Origin: Lingula anatina
Taxonomy: Eukaryota > Animalia > Brachiopoda
Direction: 5' to 3'
Length of the DNA stretch: 64,000 nt
NCBI GenBank assembly: GCA_051362555.1
Contig: CM120649.1
Coordinates: 3,348,001 to 3,412,000, forward strand
Below the pieces are notes generated by a model. The model was not told where the DNA came from. It saw nothing but the letters and a program-made list of their open reading frames with translations, and did no database searches. Positions 61,620 to 64,000 of the stretch are shown here, one piece after another (positions within the stretch are counted from its first letter, which is position 1; every line of letters starts with the position of its first letter). The translations under genes were made by a program, and so were the position numbers.

Positions 61620-62370
61620 ATTTGATCATATTTGATTTCTCCAAAAAAAGGACACAAAACTACACCCTTGCTAGTAGATAATCAAAGGATTGAGAGAGTG
61701 GGGTCTGTTGTCTTCTCAGGGGTTAGGATCAGTAGTGATTTGAGCTGGGAAGGTCACATCTGTGATATTTGTAAAAAAGCAAGCAAAAGGCTACACAATC
61801 TTAAGCTTCTGAAAAGAGCGGGTATTCCAACCAATGAACTTGTAAGCTTTTATACATCAGTAATCAGACCTACATTAGAATATGCATGTCAGGTGTGGCA
61901 CCCAGGTCTTACACAACAACAAATTGATAAAATTGAATCCATCCAGATTAGAGCATGTAAGATTATATTCCCAGTGCTGTCCTACGATGGGGCACTTGAA
62001 ACATGTAAACTTATCACTCTTGCTTGTAGAAGAGATGAACAATCTAAAACATTATTGCATAACATGTACTCTGAAGGACACAAAATCCATCATTTGCTAC
62101 CAGAGATAAATGAAGTTCCTACACTTTGCGCCGGGTTTATAAGTACACTGTGCCAAAATTGAGGACTGTACGATCATCAAAAACTTTTATCCCATGGGCT
62201 TTATCAAATTTTAAGAACTAAGTTTTTTATGAATTTTTAATGTGTATCGAATCATTTTAACACTTACAAGTATATTTTAAGATTGTGCATCTCACGACTA
62301 TTTGTTTTTATTTAAAAATCCAACTTTTTTAAGTTGCAAATAAATATATATTATTATTTTTATTATTTAC
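61620..62370 (+). mobile_element. 5'-truncated non-LTR retrotransposon (CR1/L2-group RT C-terminus and 3' UTR)
   Basis: GVRISSDLSWEGHI...KKASKRL...LKRAG...IRPTLEYACQVWHPGL; AATAAA and an ATT-rich tail near 62340. Confidence 0.8.
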
Positions 62371-63322
62371 ATTATAATGAAACATGATACAAATACAAAA
62401 ATAATTTGTTGACAGTGCTTTGTAAATTTTGCTACTTCAGGTGACTCAAACCTCACATTTAGAGGAGCAATCCCTGGAAAAGCTGCATCCAGCATTTCAT
62501 TGACATACAGTAGTATAAAATTGCAAAAGGGCACTTCAAAAGGTACATTGTTATAGAATATATATATATTTCAGTATTTCAAGGCTTTTATCAAATTACA
62601 AAGTACCAATTATGTATCAGTTATAGTAGCAATAACAGCTGTTACTGCATACATAATAACATTAACAGCAAATTAATTTTACTCGTGACCTACATATAAA
62701 ATATTTTATCTTTCTATGGAATGTTTTCGTGTCTACTTTGATCAATAATCAGTATATGATAAGAACAGTGAAATTTAGAGAAATCAGATACAAATACATA
62801 AAGCATCTTCAGCTGAAACATTTAGAAAATACAATGATTTCAGTTTAGAGGTATTTTGCAATTGTTTAATACATTTTTAAACATTGTAGTCTTACAGGCT
62901 AATGTTCAAGGAATCCAAAAATAAATTATTTCCTGCGCCTTAATTATACCACACACTTCCAAAACTATATAAAAATGTTTTTGTTGTCCATGTAATACAT
63001 CATGCCTCATCTAACTTCAAGAGCATTTTATAGTTTGCTATATTCTCCTCAGTTTATTCCAATTTTTTTTTATCTTATTATTATTTTTTAAATTTATTTA
63101 TTTTATTTATTATTATTTTTTTATCTTGTACTCTTAGCTGCATACCATGGGTTATCTGATGCGATCACCCAAGATAGCTAATTCAGAAGTGCTTCATTTT
63201 ACACCTTAAAGTCATAATAACTCTTTGTTTTGGCCAAAAGTTGGATTTTCCTGGAGTAAACGGCAATTTTTTCTCGTACTTACCAATGGTCAGTGACCCC
63301 ATTCCTGCATTCAAAGTTAGTC

Positions 63323-63370
<48 letters not shown>

Positions 63371-64000
63371 AGCCCTCTCTGACAGTGACATTGCATAGTC
63401 ACGCGATATCAAGCGATAGTTTCTGGTGGCCTACTTAAAACCGCGGGAAAAGCAGACAGCAACAACACCATAACAATAATATAAGACTCATAAGATATAT
63501 TCGTCTTATTGCTCAAAATGCATATATATCTACAATGTGTGCTATCTGTGCTATTCTGGGCTTTCCTTTATCCGACGCACTGTACAAAAACTCGCAACTT
63601 ACGTCTGCTATTGCATCAGGCTTTTGGCGCCAGAAGTGATTTTGGTCTCGAATGAACGCGAGAATTCGCGTGGCGCCCTAACGTCATTGGCAACGGATGC
63701 CTTAACGACCGGGAAGAAAGGCATCAAAGCCCTATTGACAAGCACAGATTTTAGTTTTACTACAATAACGGCCGTTTTAGTGGTAAAATGCAATAGAATA
63801 TATTTCCATGCGTTGTTTACAATGTATTCCTTGCGGAATATTGAATCTCAAAGGAAGAGTTATTATTGCTTTAAATTTTCCTTCAAAATAATATCAGCAC
63901 CGGTTCACACAGTTCGAAGCCCCATAAATCTGACCCATAGAATACTATTGGTGCAGTCATTTTATTAAAAGGGGGTGAAAATTATCACAATAGCAGTGAT

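Overview
AT-rich, intron-containing animal (invertebrate-type) genomic DNA. The centrepiece is an apparently intact 17.3-kb Maverick/Polinton (endogenous adintovirus-like) element at 17114-34403. It has ~564-bp TIRs starting AGTAGT and a perfect 6-bp TSD (CACTTT), and sits in intron 1 of one of three tandem DHRS11-like short-chain dehydrogenase copies. It encodes protein-primed PolB, an rve integrase with chromodomain, a packaging ATPase, an adenain-like protease, major and minor capsid proteins and core-like proteins. Its accessory genes are unusual: a single-BIR IAP-like gene, a tandem PC4-like protein, a spliced type-I membrane glycoprotein gene with two candidate TM/tail exons (one ending in a PDZ-type ETDL), and a 4-exon gene for a 51-aa acidic microprotein that the ORF track misses. 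It also carries a 68-bp repeat array rich in nGAAnnTTCn units. The rest of the window holds a frameshifted NB-ARC/TPR pseudogene, an 11-exon cytochrome P450 head-to-head with the SDR cluster, a KDEL-ended serpin whose probable signal-peptide exon lies beyond two Gypsy elements, Tc1 and LINE fragments, several MITEs and a tRNA-Asp relic. All calls come from manual reading and motif recognition; no database searches were run.
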